DNA of 64,000 nt from Octopus vulgaris (taxonomy: Eukaryota). The notes below the pieces were generated by a model. It saw only the letters and a program-made list of their open reading frames with translations. It did not search any database and was not told the origin of the DNA. Positions 42,401 to 57,337 of this stretch are shown piece by piece; position 1 is the first letter of the stretch; each line of letters opens with the position of its first letter. The translations under genes and the position numbers were made by a program. Location of the stretch: NCBI GenBank assembly GCA_951406725.2, contig OX597829.1:46872001-46936000 (forward strand), given 5' to 3'.

Positions 42401-43183
42401 CGGAGGAAAGACGGAAGGAAGGAAGATAATGATAAAAGATGGCGAGTAACACTACGACTGTGCGAGCGAATATATATATTTACGATAGAGCAGGTGATAT
42501 TCTAAAACAAAGGAATTCAAGTATTCACAACATTCCTCTTAATTGCAGAATATCTGGAAATTTTTTTTTTTGTTTTTTGTTTGTTTGTTTTTGTTTTGTT
42601 TTACTATTAAACTAATAATACACATTAGTGCCGCAATAAATCTTACAAAATTTCTATGTTTATTTCTGAAATTCTCATTAACATTTAGCACCCTGCGATG
42701 TGTGAAGTGCAGCTAATGAGAGTAATCATTCATAATAATGATTTTGTAAAAAATATATTTTATCAATTTTAATTACGATTTCTTTTTAATACGAATTATC
42801 TTGCAGCATCATTTTTTTTTTTTTTTTTTTGGAAATCTCTAACCTGTTGACTTATGACTTATGACTTATGCATTCCTACAGCTGCGCTAGTATAACTATT
42901 TTGCTGCTTAGTATTCACTCACAAGCGTGAACTATATTACACGAAGTCATTTTTGTATTACTGCTACTCCAGCTATTAATACGGAGCGGTTACTACGCTG
43001 TCGTCTACGTGTTACCTCAAGCTGCTAGAAGTAAGTCTCAGAATGACCCTCATATCAGACTTATCTGTATAATGCATGCGTGTACATACGTTGGAGCAAA
43101 AAAGTGAGATTCTACATGTTGTTAAATCATATTGCTATAGTAACCAAATATCTATTAAATCACGCCCTACTGCCTTATATGTG

Positions 43184-43215
<32 letters not shown>

Positions 43216-43459
43216 TGTATGTATGTATGTATGTATGTATGTATGTATGCATGTATGTATGTATGGATGTATGTATGTACGTATGTATGCATGCATGTAT
43301 GTACGTATTTATGCATGCATGTATGTATGTATGTACGTACGTACGTATGTGGTATGTATGTATGTATATATGTATGTATGTATATATGTATGTATATATG
43401 TATGTATGAATGTATGCGTGTATGCGTGTATTTATGTGTGTGTGTGTGTGTGTCTGTGT

Positions 43460-44020
43460 ATTATTCAGTTTTATTTCATGACGCTTGCCAATAGACAAAA
43501 AGCCGGTTTCTAACTTAGACTCCCATGTTCTTTCATTGTATTTTTGTATGTATGTATGTATGTACATATGTATGCAAGCATGCATGTGTGTATGTATGCA
43601 TGCATGCAAGTATGTATGTATACGTACAGATTTGTATGTTTTGCTTTATGTAAGAATTCTCATGCATATAGTGAGATATCTAGACATGCCCATATATACT
43701 TAAATGATAAACTTCTGGAAAGTTTTACAGATTTTTATAGTTCCAGTGATGGATTGGATCTGTGGTCTTCGAATCAGCTTTCTCCTTTCTGGTTTAAGAA
43801 GCCTAATTTCGCAAGTGTGTCACATATCCAAGTGTCACAATAATGACAGGTATAAATCTGAACTTGTAACCGGGATAAAGTAACTGCAGATTTCACAATA
43901 GTTCAGCATAGGTGTTCTCTTTTTCCCTTATCTTCAGCTTTATGTTAACATCCACTGGGCAACTGATTTCAATAACTGTACTCAGTTTCTCCTCTCTATC
44001 CCAAATCATTATATCAGGTC
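43460..44020 (-). mobile_element. 5'-truncated RLE-type (R4/Dong-like) LINE: endonuclease C-terminus + 3' UTR with internal (TACA)n
   Basis: RPDIMIWDREEKLSTVIEISCPVDVNIKLKIREKENTYAELL*NLQLLYPGYKFRFIPVIIVTLG..IQSITGTIKICKTF (PD-(D/E)xK-type RLE). Confidence 0.82.
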
Positions 44021-44207
44021 TATGTATGCATGTATGTATGTATGTATGTATGTATGTATGTATGTATGTATGTATGTATGTATGTATGTGTGTGTGTATG
44101 TATGTATGTATGTATGTATGTATGTATGTATGTATGTATGTATGTATGTATATTTGCATGTACGTACCTTTGTATATACTTATATATGTTTGTATGTATG
44201 TATGCCC

Positions 44208-44955
44208 TTATTCAGTTTTATTTCAAGATTTCTTGCCAATACAGAAAGAACCGGTTTCTAACCTAGATCCAAGGCTCCCTCATTGGAATTTCAACATCAA
44301 CAACAGAGTATTTTTGCCTGTATGTATGTATGTATGTATGTATGTATGTACGTATGCTTGAATGTAAGCATGTAAGTATATATGTATGTATGTGTGTATG
44401 TATGTATGATGTATGTATGATATATGCATGTATGATGTAAGTATGATGTATGTATGTATGTATGTATGTATGTATGTATGTGTGTATGTATGTATGTATG
44501 TATGTATGCTTGAATGTAAGCATGTAAGTATATTTGTATGTATGTGTGTATGTATGTATGTATGTATGTATGTATGTATGATGTATGTATGTATGTGTGT
44601 AGTATGTATGTATGTATGTATGTATATATGTATTCTTGAATGTAAGCATGTAAGTATATATGTATGTGTGTATGTATGTACGTATGATGTATGTATGATG
44701 TATGTATGTATGATGTATGTATGTATGTATGATGTATGTATGTATGTATGTATGTATGATGTATGTATGTATGTATGTATGATGTATGTATGTATGTATG
44801 TATGTATGTGTGTGTGTATATATGTATGTATGTATGCTTGAATATAAGCATGTAAGTATATATGTATGTGTGTATGTATGTATGTATGTATGTATGTGTG
44901 TATGTATGTATGTATGTATGTATGTATGTATACATGTATGTGTGTATGTATGTAT
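44208..44955 (-). mobile_element. Second 3' UTR of the same LINE, expanded into a (TGTA)n higher-order array
   Basis: Terminal UTR 44208-44320; GCTTGAATGTAAGCATGTAAGTAT-like motif at 44356, 44508, 44635 and 44836. Confidence 0.65.
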
Positions 44956-45200
44956 TGGGAAGTTCGTATTCGATCGCAATTCCTTTACTCGACCAAGGTT
45001 GCAGAGGGTTAAAGAATACCAACAAGTGAAAACTTGTTTTTGAGCGGATACTTACACACTTAGTATTATCTGCTTTGTACTTCATAGTTAGGACTTCATA
45101 GTTAGACCTCTTAGCAATAATAGCTAAATCTTTCTCGTCCTCCGATTCCATTCTTTAAAATTCCCAGAGAATGAGCATTGACCAATTAAGGTTCCACTAA

Positions 45201-45587
45201 TCTCTCTATATATAAACGGCAGTTTGTCTGTGCGTGTTTCTGTGTGTCTGTTTGCTTGTACCCTCACCCTGACCACGGCTTTCAACCGATTCTGATGAAA
45301 CTTGACACACACATAGCCCAATGTCATAATTCAAAACTAACGCAGCGAAAATTTTGAAAAGTTCCCCCAGTTCTGAAAAAAATCGATAAATTTGACATGG
45401 GGTCGAGAATAAAAAAAAACAAACCACAGACTGTCTAGGGGACGCAACTCAACCTTTTTTTACTCTCAAAAAAAAATTTACCATCATTTTTTTTCCATTT
45501 TTTTGCTATTTTTTGGCTATAACTCTCTAAAGATGCTTTATAGTTATTTCCCTTACAAACCTGAGCAACGCCGGGCGATACTGCTAG
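45201..45587 (+). mobile_element. Non-autonomous Helitron
   Basis: A|TC start (TCTCTCTATATATAAA), subterminal GC hairpin CCTGAGCAACGCCGGG, CTAG|T end, no TSD. Confidence 0.85.
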
Positions 45588-45929
45588 TCATGTATAATTA
45601 CAATATCAAAGGAGAAAAAAAATGATGTAAGCTAAAGGAGGCTGGCGATGGTCAGAATTGGCAAGATTAACGGAGATTATTGAAATAACAAATGACAGTG
45701 ATTACTAGTGCTGTTATATGTTCGTGTTGATGAGTTCTAGGACCGCTGTAGGCAACTGGATTGACGCAAACATTTGCTCCGTGGTTTGTTTCAACGAATC
45801 CTTTTCGAGAAAAGTCGACATGATTTGTACGATGCGGAACTGGAACGCTGAACGTAAAACGAAGTAACAAGAATATTAATGAGAGGTGTTCTTACATGTT
45901 CTAAGAATCCGCTTAACGGAAATAAGGAA

Positions 45930-46720
45930 AGGATGAGAAGGACGAGGAGAAGAAGGGGGAGGAGAAGCTAAGAAGATAATGCTGATAATGATAAGGATGA
46001 GGAGGTGGAAGATGATGATGATGATCAGGAGGAGGAGAAGGAGGAAGAGAAAGGGATAGAGATGATGATGATGATGATGATGATAATGAGGAGGAGGTGG
46101 AGGTGGAAGATGAGGGTCAGGAGGAGGAGAAGGAGGAAGGGAAGGGGATGGAGATGATGATGATGATGATGATAATGAGGAGGAGGTGGAGGTAGAAGAT
46201 AATGGTCAGGAGGAGGAGGAAGTATAGGAGGAAGTGGAGAAGGAAGTGGAGGAGGCAGAGGAGTAGGACACAGTTGATTATGATGATGTGGAGGAGGGGA
46301 AGAAGAGCTGGACACAGTTGATGATGATGAGGTGGCGGACATAGTTGATGAGGATGTGGTGGTGGAGGAGGAGGAGGATGTGAAGAAGATGAGGAAGGGG
46401 AGGGGAGAGGAGGAAGTAGGGGAGGTGGACACAGTGGTTAATGAGGTGGAGGAGGTAGAGAAGGAAAAGAAGGAGGAGGAAGAGGAGACAGACACAATTG
46501 ATGATGAGGCGGAGGAGGAAAGAGAGGAGGACGAAGAGGAGGAGGAAGAAGCTGGGGAAGACAGTGAGGAAGGAGATGAGAAAGTGGAGGATGGGGAGGA
46601 GAAGGAGAAGGAGGAAAATAAGCAGCAGCAGCATCATGAGGAAGTGGAGGGGAATAGGGGTTAGATGGTGAAGGAGGGGTTGATGGGGAGGAGGAGAAGC
46701 AGCAGCAGCAGGTGGAGAAG
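45930..46720. repeat. Degenerate (GAG)/(GAT) purine-rich array with recurring GACACAGTTGAT motif
   Basis: Direct reading. Confidence 0.85.
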
Positions 46721-47009
46721 CTCGGAATGAATAAAGAGATTGCGTGTAAAAATGGAAGAAAAATAAAACTGAGAAGACGCATGTTATTACATATTTAGCG
46801 AAAACATGAAGGAGAATGATGAGTTTCACTTGGATATTATATACATATTTTTTCGATTAAAATGTTTTAGTTTGCCATACTTATTTATAGATTTGTATTG
46901 ATTACGAAAAGATTGCTGTTTCTAGCAGCAATTAAGATTATCGAAACATAAAATTTTACATAATAATAAAGAAAAGTTAGTATCAAGAAATAAAGAACGA
47001 AAACAAAAA

Positions 47010-47164
<155 letters not shown>

Positions 47165-47561
47165 TACATCAACATTACAGTGTTGCACAAAATTAATAAT
47201 ATGAACCCAACTGGAAGGCGAAAAATAATTTTAAAATATTTAAAAGTTACATACACAAAAATAATAACAGTTTCTGAAACATTAGCGTAACAATCACAAA
47301 ACAGTGACAATCAATTCAAATAAATAAAGAGTAATATGAGGAATAAATAAAATACAGACAGAAATTATGAAATGGTAAAGAATATCAAGAAATCAGCTCT
47401 TAAAATTATAAAGGAAATGCTGGGGAAAATTTACATATATAAATTTATATAAATCAAAGAATATAAATACCTAAACATACTTTTTCTCTTTTCTTTCTAT
47501 TAAAATATAAATATTCCCTCCTTTTCACAAAATTATTCCTAATTTTAATTTTATCGACGAC

Positions 47562-47602
<41 letters not shown>

Positions 47603-48002
47603 GTTATAAAAATGAAGAAGTAAAAAAAAATGAGAATAAGTGATATGTGTGTGAAATAAATACTGGTTAGATAAAGTCAAATAAGCTTTTGATTTCTGTT
47701 TCTTAAATAGAATAAATATGTCTGCTGTTATTAAGATCAAAGACAGTTCAATTTATAGCTTTCTTGTACCAGCCTCCCTTTCCCGACCTTAAATAACAAT
47801 AGAACATTTTCGCTCGCATATACAAGGCTAGAACTATTCTCACAAACAACAAACACAGACATGCAAGTTATAGTCACATTAAGCAATCAAACACACAATA
47901 CTTCCACCAAGCTCTCTCAACCTCTTGTTCCTTCTCCCTCTCTATCCCTCTTTCTCTTTCAGACAAACAGACGGACACACATGCTCACATACACATAGAT
48001 AT

Positions 48003-48035
<33 letters not shown>

Positions 48036-48380
48036 CCCTATACATTTACAGACGCATTGGTTCATACATACAGCTCTAAAGACATTCCCTTCACATACAT
48101 GATGAAAGATGCGAGAATTCATACGCAGTGCTGCGGTACGTAAAAAATAGTTCTTGCGTCGACCTTAGATCACAACACAAAATTAAATTAAACTCTCCAA
48201 CGCCTCTCTTTCTCTCACTCTCCTATCATTTATGTGTACGCATATATATATGCACGTATATATTTATATGTGTATGCATACATGCATACATGCATACATA
48301 CATACATACATACATACATACATACATACATACATACATACATACATACATACAATGCATGTGTGTATATTTACTACACA

Positions 48381-48436
<56 letters not shown>

Positions 48437-48553
48437 GGCGGTGCATCAGCATGGCCGCAACTCTGAGCTGAAACTAGAAAAAATATATATATATATGTAT
48501 ATATAATGGCGGTGCCCCAGCATGGCCACAGCTCAAGAGCTGAAACTGAAAAA
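48437..48553 (+). mobile_element. Two ~45-bp retroelement 3' stubs related to the family A tail, in (TA)n
   Basis: GGCGGTGC..CAGCATGGCC.CA.CTC..GAGCTGAAACT at 48437 and 48508; third copy on - strand at 58205-58243. Confidence 0.7.
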
Positions 48554-49182
48554 CATATATATATATATATTGTTTCGAATTTAACCACCATTCCAATAAT
48601 TCGGGAAAAATAAGCTAGTCGATGAAACCTACCTCATTGCATATCTGGTAGTTTAATTTAGCAACGTTGAAAACCAAAGTTGACTTCGACAGGATTTGAA
48701 CGCGGAAAGTAGAAGACGAGAACAACTACTGCAATGCAATCGGTCTTATTCTCTAATGTGTTTTTATGCAAAATCGTGTTCTTAAGTAAGTTATTTCTAC
48801 GGTGGAACTCGAAGTATATGACGCTATAAATAATAGCGTATAGGATATTGGGAAAAAAGCCTTGGATGGGAAAAAGTTAACGCCTATGCGTTAAAAATAA
48901 TTTCTTTTATTTTTCTAAGTTTCTAAAGTTTTATAATTTAAATATCTTACAACTTTCGCAGGTAAGCTTCTAAAATATTTGAAACAAGCCTGAAGTATTG
49001 CTTTGGTAAAATGGTTCCATGCCTGTCTTGTTTCATGAAATACATTGTTTCAGGCCCCACAGGCAACCGCTATTTTTTTTTGTTCTTGTTGTTCTGTCCA
49101 AGAGGTATTCCTAAATCTAATATTCCACGAGCCATTATTTATACTTTTATCTACTTCCACTTCTACCATAAAATATAATTTA

Positions 49183-49720
<538 letters not shown>

Positions 49721-50178
49721 GTATATATTATTTGTACAGTTGTACTTCAAAAAAATACTTTCCACTAACATTTACACTAAAAACGTTAACAGATGTCTCT
49801 TCAGGCAAACTGAATTGTATTGCGATTGTCTTGGAAACATCTGTTATATTGTTTTTTTGTATTAATATATATTGACTTTTATCATGTCTGGACATCTGCT
49901 CAATCTATTTTATTGGTGTCGGCCTTAATGAAGTCACGGCCATCTCATCAATTTTTCTTCAGAAACACTGTGTTCTTCTTTAGTTTATATTTTCCACTAT
50001 GTACTTTAAAAGAATGCACAATATGGCGATTTGTCTAATATTGCAAGCTTGTTCCGTATAATCGTATATTTATATTTGTAGGCGTCTACTTTGCGCATCC
50101 TCCTTCTACCTCCTTTCCGTCGATATAGTCATGTATCTCTCAATCATTCACTCACTCACTCATTTACTCACGCACCCG

Positions 50179-50236
<58 letters not shown>

Positions 50237-50340
50237 TTCTCTCCCTTCCCCTCTCCCCCTTTCTCGTTCTTAAGTTTGGACATTACCGAATACATTACCG
50301 ACGGTCGTTTCTATTGTGCCAGTATATTTAGGTATGAGAG

Positions 50341-50725
50341 TGGAGGCGCAATGGCCCAGTGGTTAGGGCAGCGGACTCGCGGTCATAGGATCGCGGTTTC
50401 GATTCCCAGACCGGGCGTTGTGAGTGTTTATTGAGCAAAAACACCTAAAAGTTCCACGAGGCTCCGGCAGGGAATGGTGGTGATCCCTGATGTACTCTTT
50501 CACCACAACTTTCTCTCACTCTTACTTCCTGTTTCTGTTGTACCTGTATTTCAACGGGCCAGCCTTGTCACTCTCTGTGTCATGCTGAATATCCCCGAGA
50601 ACTACGTTAAGGGTACACGAGTCTGTGGAGTGCTCAGCCATTTTACACGTTAATTTTTCACGAGCAGGCTGTTCCGTTGATTCGGATCAACCGGAACCCT
50701 CATCGTCATAACCGACAGAGTGCTT
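50341..50725 (+). mobile_element. Family C SINE, full length, 13-bp TSD
   Basis: TTAGGTATGAGAG at 50328-50340 and 50735-50747. Confidence 0.93.
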
Positions 50726-51272
50726 CCCTCCTCCTTAGGTATGAGAGAAAGGTGCAAAATACCAATCAAACCAATTTAACCAAAAGTTTATGCTAACACA
50801 ATATTATCAAAGTAACTCCAAACGACTTAATTTCAAAGTGAAATGAGATAGAATTTCTAATATATGAACGCGTACAAAAATAAAGTCAAGAAGAAATATA
50901 ATATTCTAAGAAAAGCCAGTTTAGTATTTGAACTTATGATAATGTCAGCAGGTAACGAAAGAATAAAAAATAAACAGAATGTCTACGTCTTGGCATTTAG
51001 ATTTCGAACTCTTCATGTATGCTAAAAATATTGAAAAATTATGCCAATTAGATTATAGGAAAAGCAATTATAATTAAGGTATCATTTACTTAAATGTTTA
51101 TATATATATATGGGAACATTTCAACGCATGTTTGGTTCTTAGATTAAATAATTAAACATTGAAGTAATTATGTAATGGAGTTCCTCTGGGCAAAGATTGC
51201 ATTTAAAATTACCATTATTGTACGGAGGAGCCTAAGTAATAATGGACCAGTTCAATAAATAAATATAGTGAT

Positions 51273-51437
51273 AGGCGCAGGAGTGGCTGTGTGGTAAGTA
51301 GCTTGCTTACCACATGGTTCCGGGTTCAGTCCCACTGCGTGGCATCTTGGGCAAGTGTCTTCTGCTATAGCCCCGGGCTGACCAAAGCCTTGTGAGTGGA
51401 GTTGGTAGACGGAAACTGAAAGACCGTCGTATATATG

Positions 51438-51472
<35 letters not shown>

Positions 51473-51683
51473 GTTTCTGTGTCTGTGTTTGTTCCCCTAG
51501 CATTGTTTGACAACCGATGCTGGTGTGTTTACGTCCCCGTCACTTAGCGGTTCGGCAAAAGAGACCGATAGAATAATTACTGGGCTTACAAAGAATAAGT
51601 CCCGGGGTTGATTTGCTCGACTAAAGGTGGTGCTCCAGCATGGCCGCAGTCAAATGACTGAAACAAGTAAAAGAGTAAAAGAG
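51273..51683 (+). mobile_element. Family A SINE, full length
   Basis: A box TGGCTGTGTGG, B box GGTTCAGTCCC, tail GTAAAAGAGTAAAAGAG. Confidence 0.92.
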
Positions 51684-52932
51684 TATACCAACTGTTTCTT
51701 GATACAGCATGTTGATATCAAGTATATATGGGGATACAACGAGCTGGTGTCAACTAAGATGACGACGTGCGTATGCCCAATGCGGTACATGCACGAATAT
51801 CTAACAGACTAATGCTTTGAGCAGAACCAGACTGCATGTAGCATTTGGCATCAGAAAGAGATTTTGATTGTTTCAGCTATCTGAAAATGATTCTGATTCT
51901 GATTTTGGTCTTCATCTGTCACTATGTACATTGATCAACATTTTATTCCAAAATGAGCTACTCCATCAGGGAGTTTTTAAGTATGTGCGCGCGGGTGTAT
52001 TTTGATAGAATTCTGTAGGAGTCCCAGTTAATCCAACAGAGAGGGTATCAAGGTTATGTATTTTTAACTTTCAATTGAATCCGTTATGTTCATAGTAAAC
52101 CCGATGGTCATCATTCATTCTTATGGAGATTATATATTTATATATTCACATACATTTCTCATTCATATAAACCTGTAGCCTTCGTGGACCGGCATCAGAG
52201 AACTTTCTCCAAAAATCAACAACTTATAAATAATCAGTGAATAGAACTAAAATGTTAATGCTACAGGCATGAAGGAATCAAACTGAAATGCTTGCAAACC
52301 GGGGAGTAAGTCTCCAAATGGTTTATAGATATGCAAGAAACAGAAACTAAATTTAACTCCAAACCACGAAACTTTGTCAAATTAAGCTATGTAGTCAATT
52401 TCTTTATTAACAATGGGGTTGAGAAAAAGAGGGGACGATACGAGGGCAGACAAAACAAACATTTGGGTCAGGGTATCGAATGAGACGAAACGTATGAATA
52501 AACAAACAATTAAAATATTTACAATTAAATGAGAATGAGTGATTTACATAAAATGAAGCGGAGGACGTGGTTGACCCCACAAACCACATCCTCACACAGA
52601 AGACTTTGCTTTCTCCTTTTTTACATTCTCGTTTAAACAGATTCTTTCACTCGAAACACACTTGCTATAGACTTCCATCTTTTACAAAACACACTTTGCG
52701 ACAGGCATTTTCTTCTCCAGCCTTATTTTTCGTTTCATGCGGAAAACGAAAAATTCGATTAGCTCGAGACTAGAGATGTAGTCAACGGCATAATATTATT
52801 GAAAACAGATTTTGGTAACAGCAGCCATGACTTCTATCAGTTCGAACAAAAATTGATATGGGATTGATTGATTGAACAACAACAAACAACAGTAACAATG
52901 ACAATATCAGCAAAATAACAACAACAAGTTCA

Positions 52933-53095
52933 CGCAGGAGTGGCTGTGTGGTAAGTAGCTTGCTTACCAACCACATGTTTCCGGGTTCAGTCCCACTGCG
53001 TGGCACCTTGGGCAAGTGTCTTCTACTATAGCCTGGGGCCGACCAAAGCCTTGTGAGTGGATTTGGTAGACGGAAACTGAAAGACGCTCGTCGTA

Positions 53096-53141
<46 letters not shown>

Positions 53142-53350
53142 TGTGTGTGTGTGTTTGTGTGTCTGTGTTTGTCCCCCAAGCATTGCTTGACAACCGATGC
53201 TGGTGTGTTTATGTCCTCCGTTACTTAGCGGTTCGGCAAAAGAGTGACAGATGGGCTTACAACAGAATATGTCCCGGGGTCGAGTTGCTCGATTAAAGGC
53301 GGTGCTCCAGCATGGCTGCAGTCAAATGACTGAAACAAGTAAAACAGAGT
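52933..53350 (+). mobile_element. Family A SINE
   Basis: Homologous to 51273. Confidence 0.9.
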
Positions 53351-54037
53351 AAAACATTATTGAAATGCAGTATTCTACTGCCTTTGATTCTTCGTTTTGC
53401 TATTGTGATCGCACGTTCTTTACAGAAAGAGGATAAGAAAGGATATACTTCCTTTTCCGAAAAGTACAAATATATTTTAGCCCCGTTGATTTTGATTTTG
53501 CTGATTGCAGAATACACGACATTTTAGGTTAGTTGCTAATTTCGTTGTTGTTTATTGAATGTTATAATCCGATGAATTAGCAGACCTTTGATGAAAGACA
53601 TTCTAGGTATGACAATCACGTGTTGTATCTTTTAGATATAATGTATCCTAGTCTACATCATGGGTTTGATTTTTAGGGGAATTTGATGGCTATATCTACA
53701 AAGCGATCGACTAAATAGAAGCTCCGCCGCTGGTTCGTATCTTAAAATATAACGCATAGTCTCATAGAAACAACAGTACTGATTATTGATTATAGTTTTG
53801 CATTTTCGTACGTTATTAGTCTATGCAGGATGACGAATACTAAGCTAATTCCTGTCGTTCTGCAACACTAAAACAAAGGATATCCATCTCGAAAAATTTA
53901 TCCTACATATTTTGTCCTAAACAAAATAAACACTTTTACAAATTAAGTGGTTCAATACGGTCAGTTTTCTTTTAATCCTTTCACGTCAAGCAGGGCTGTG
54001 AAACTGAACTTTCTCCATAAAGTTGCTGATAAAAATT

Positions 54038-55020
54038 AGGCGCAGGAGCGGCTGTATTGGTGAGTAGCTTGCTAACCAGCCACATGGTTCCGGGTTCAGT
54101 CCCACTGCGTGGCATCTTGGGCAAGTGTCTTCTGCTATAGCCCCGGGCCGACCAATGCCTTGTGAGTGGATTTGGTAGACGGAAACTGAAAGAAACCTGT
54201 CGTATATATGTATATATATATGTGTGTTTGTGTGTGTGTGTTTGTCCCCCTAGCATTGCTTGACAACCGATGCTGGTGTGTTTACGTCCCCGTTACTTAG
54301 CGGTTCGGCAAAAGAGACCGATAGAATATGTACTGGGCTTACAAAGAATAAGTCCCGGGGTCGATTTGCTCGACTACATGCGGTGCTCCAGCATGGCCAC
54401 AGTCACATGACTGAAACAAATAAAAGAATAAAAGAATATCGCTTCATCGAATCTTGACATTTTCGTTCTCTTCTTCGGGCGCAGGTATGACTCTGTGGTA
54501 AGAAGCTTGCTTTCCAATCACATGGTTCCAAGTTCAGTCCCACTATCTGGCACCTTGGGCAAGTTTCTTCTACCCTCGGGCCGACCAAAGCCTTGTGAGT
54601 GGATTTGGTGTACATACATACAAACATACTTACACACATATACATGTGTGTGTGTGTGTGTGTGTGTTTGTGTATGTCTTTGGATCTGTATACCTTTGTG
54701 TCTGCGTTTGTTCCCCCACTACCGCTCGACATCCGGTGATGGTGTGTTTGCGTCCCCGTAACTTAACAGTTCAGCAAAAGTCAATTTATTTGACTAAAAC
54801 CCTTCGAGGTGATGCCCCCAGCATGGCCACTGTCTAGTGACTGAAACAATTAAAATCTAAAAAAATAAAAAGTAACTAAAATAAAAGAGACCGATAGAAT
54901 AAGTACTGGGCTTACAAATAATAAGTCCTGGAGTCGATTTCTTCGACTAAAGGCGGTGCTCCAGCATGGGCGCCAGTCAAATGTCTGAAACAAGTAAAAA
55001 AGTAAAAAAAAAAAGAGTAA
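54038..55020 (+). mobile_element. Three head-to-tail family A SINE copies (54038-54435, 54478-54860, 3' fragment 54880-55020)
   Basis: Repeated heads and tails, all on +. Confidence 0.88.
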
Positions 55021-55094
55021 AATGGTGACTACAAACACAGTTTAGCAGTAACCTTAAGATCAGCCTAAATTCATAAACACAAGAAAAATTATGG

Positions 55095-55479
55095 AAGCAC
55101 TCCGTCGGTTACGACGACGAGGGTTCCGGTTGATCCGAATCAACGGAACAGCCTGCTCGTGAAATTAACGTGTAAAATGGCTGAGCACTCCACAGACACG
55201 TGCACCCCTTAACGTAGTTCTCGGGGATATTCAGCGTGACACAGAGAGTGACAAGGCCGGCCCTTTGAAATACAGGTACAACAGAAACAGGAAGTAAGAG
55301 TGAGAGAAAGTTGTGGTGAAAGAATACAACAGGGATCACCACCATCCCCTGCCGGAGCCTCGTTGAGCTTTTTAGGTGTTTTCGCTCAATAAACACTCAC
55401 AACGCCCGGTCTGGGAATCGAAACCGTGATCCTACGACCGCGAGTCCGCTGCCCTAACCACTGGGCCATTGCGCCTCCA
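55095..55479 (-). mobile_element. Family C SINE, full length, 13-bp TSD
   Basis: ACACAAGAAAAAT at 55077 and 55479. Confidence 0.93.
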
Positions 55480-56149
55480 CACAAGAAAAATACAATTCAT
55501 GATTACAATTCAATAAAATCTATCCCATGTATAACCTAATTTTTCTCTCAACTCTCATCCTCGCATAATATAAAGAAAAAAATAAATAAATCGAATATAT
55601 TCCTTTAAATCCCAAATATACTTCACACCAAACAAAGCATAATATAAACTACTTTTTTTTCTCGCAGCAAGACTCCATATTCGCATTATTTCAAGGAAAT
55701 AACTACTAACGTGTTCAGTCAGGTTCACATACCCGAAATACATTGTTTATCTATTTCATCCTTTTATAATATATTTTTTTCTTTCTTTCAAAATTTTACC
55801 TATCCATTTTTATCCTATTCTTTAACCAATATAACCGCTGAACTTAATTCAATTTTAACCTATATTTCCAGTTATTCTCAAGATAACCCTTCTTCAAACA
55901 ATCCCATCGCAAAATGTAATAATATTATTATATATCAAATGCACACAGATATGCACATATATATATGTTAATATATATATATGTGTATATGTGTGTATGT
56001 GTATATATATATATATATACACGTTCATTTCTAGTAATATAAATATAATAAATATATATGTATATTATATATATATATATATGATGTTCTATGCATGTAC
56101 GTATCTATCTAATCTTCTCACTTATTCTCTCTCTTTTACACTTTTTGTG

Positions 56150-56204
<55 letters not shown>

Positions 56205-56249
56205 AAAAAGGCGGGAGATATCAGAGAATCAGAGAGAAACACATGCAAA

Positions 56250-56301
56250 TAGATAGATAGATAGATAGATAGATATATAGATAGATAGATATATAGATAG
56301 A

Positions 56302-56339
<38 letters not shown>

Positions 56340-56370
56340 AATAGATAGACAAGCAGACAGACAGACAGAC

Positions 56371-56441
<71 letters not shown>

Positions 56442-56670
56442 CAGAAAGGTAGGTGGGCAGACAGACAAACAGCCAGACAGACTGACAGACAGATAGATAC
56501 ATACATACACAGATAGATTCATTACATACATAAATAGTTGCATGCATACGTACATACATGCATAAATACATGCACGCATACATACATACACACACATACA
56601 TACATTCATTCATACATACACACATATGTGTATACATACATATATACACACATACATATATATACATACA
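56250..56670. repeat. (GATA)/(GACA)/(CATA) compound microsatellite
   Basis: Direct reading. Confidence 0.93.
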
Positions 56671-57057
56671 TCAAACATAATAGATACATGTATGTTTATC
56701 TACCTTGCTTTCTCTCATTTTATCTTTCAGGTATGAAAGATATGCATCTGTCGTATCGATAACAAACGATATTGTCAATATATCATTTTGTATTCAGTAT
56801 GAAGGGTTATCGTTTCCAGGTCGGTTGGTTTGATCTTTCATCACCTGCAGATTTGTGGGAATAATTCGATTCTTAAGAATCCTGTTTTGTAAATTAGATA
56901 TTCATAAAACGCCATTTTAGATGATGGTGGACAATTGCGATATGGAAGAGAAAACCGTTGCGTATATGCGTTTGTGTGTGTGTGTGTGTGTGTGTGTGCT
57001 AGTATGTGCTAGTATGTGCTTGAATATGTACCTACATATATGTATATATATATATAT

Positions 57058-57177
57058 CATCGTCAGCGTCACCGTCACCGACCAGGCTATCAGATGTTGA
57101 TACACATCGCTGGTCACAATGCGCTTTGCATTGTTTTAGCCTTCAAATGACGCCACCCCACTGGCTAAGCGAGCAGG

Positions 57178-57180
<3 letters not shown>
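57058..57180. mobile_element. Short GC-rich insert in (TA)n, probable retroelement stub
   Basis: ~120-bp GC-rich segment bounded by TA tracts; single copy here. Confidence 0.4.
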
Positions 57181-57221
<41 letters not shown>

Positions 57222-57259
57222 TATATTGATCAAAATAAAAACATGATGCCAAGGATTCA

Positions 57260-57337
57260 GCGGTACATATGTTTCGGGCCTTTATTAGACAGATTTATAA
57301 CAATGCATAATGTATGTCTGTGGCCTTCTTCAGCCGC
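57260..57337 (-). ncRNA. Type I hammerhead ribozyme motif within a PLE-like fragment (~57227-57480) next to (TA)n
   Basis: Reverse complement: GCGG-CTGAAGA-aGGCC..(long insert)..GGCCc-GAAA-CATATG-TA-CCGC; palindrome ACATATGT; GUA site. Confidence 0.82.

Noticed and set aside
41855-42505. 216-aa Gly/Ala-rich, acidic ORF resembling a structural protein
   Set aside because: Single-codon GGT/GCT usage marks it as a trinucleotide repeat; its start overlaps a SINE fragment.
45292-45310. CTGATGA (also 13522 on - and 60937)
   Set aside because: No correctly placed stem II, GAAA and UH site.
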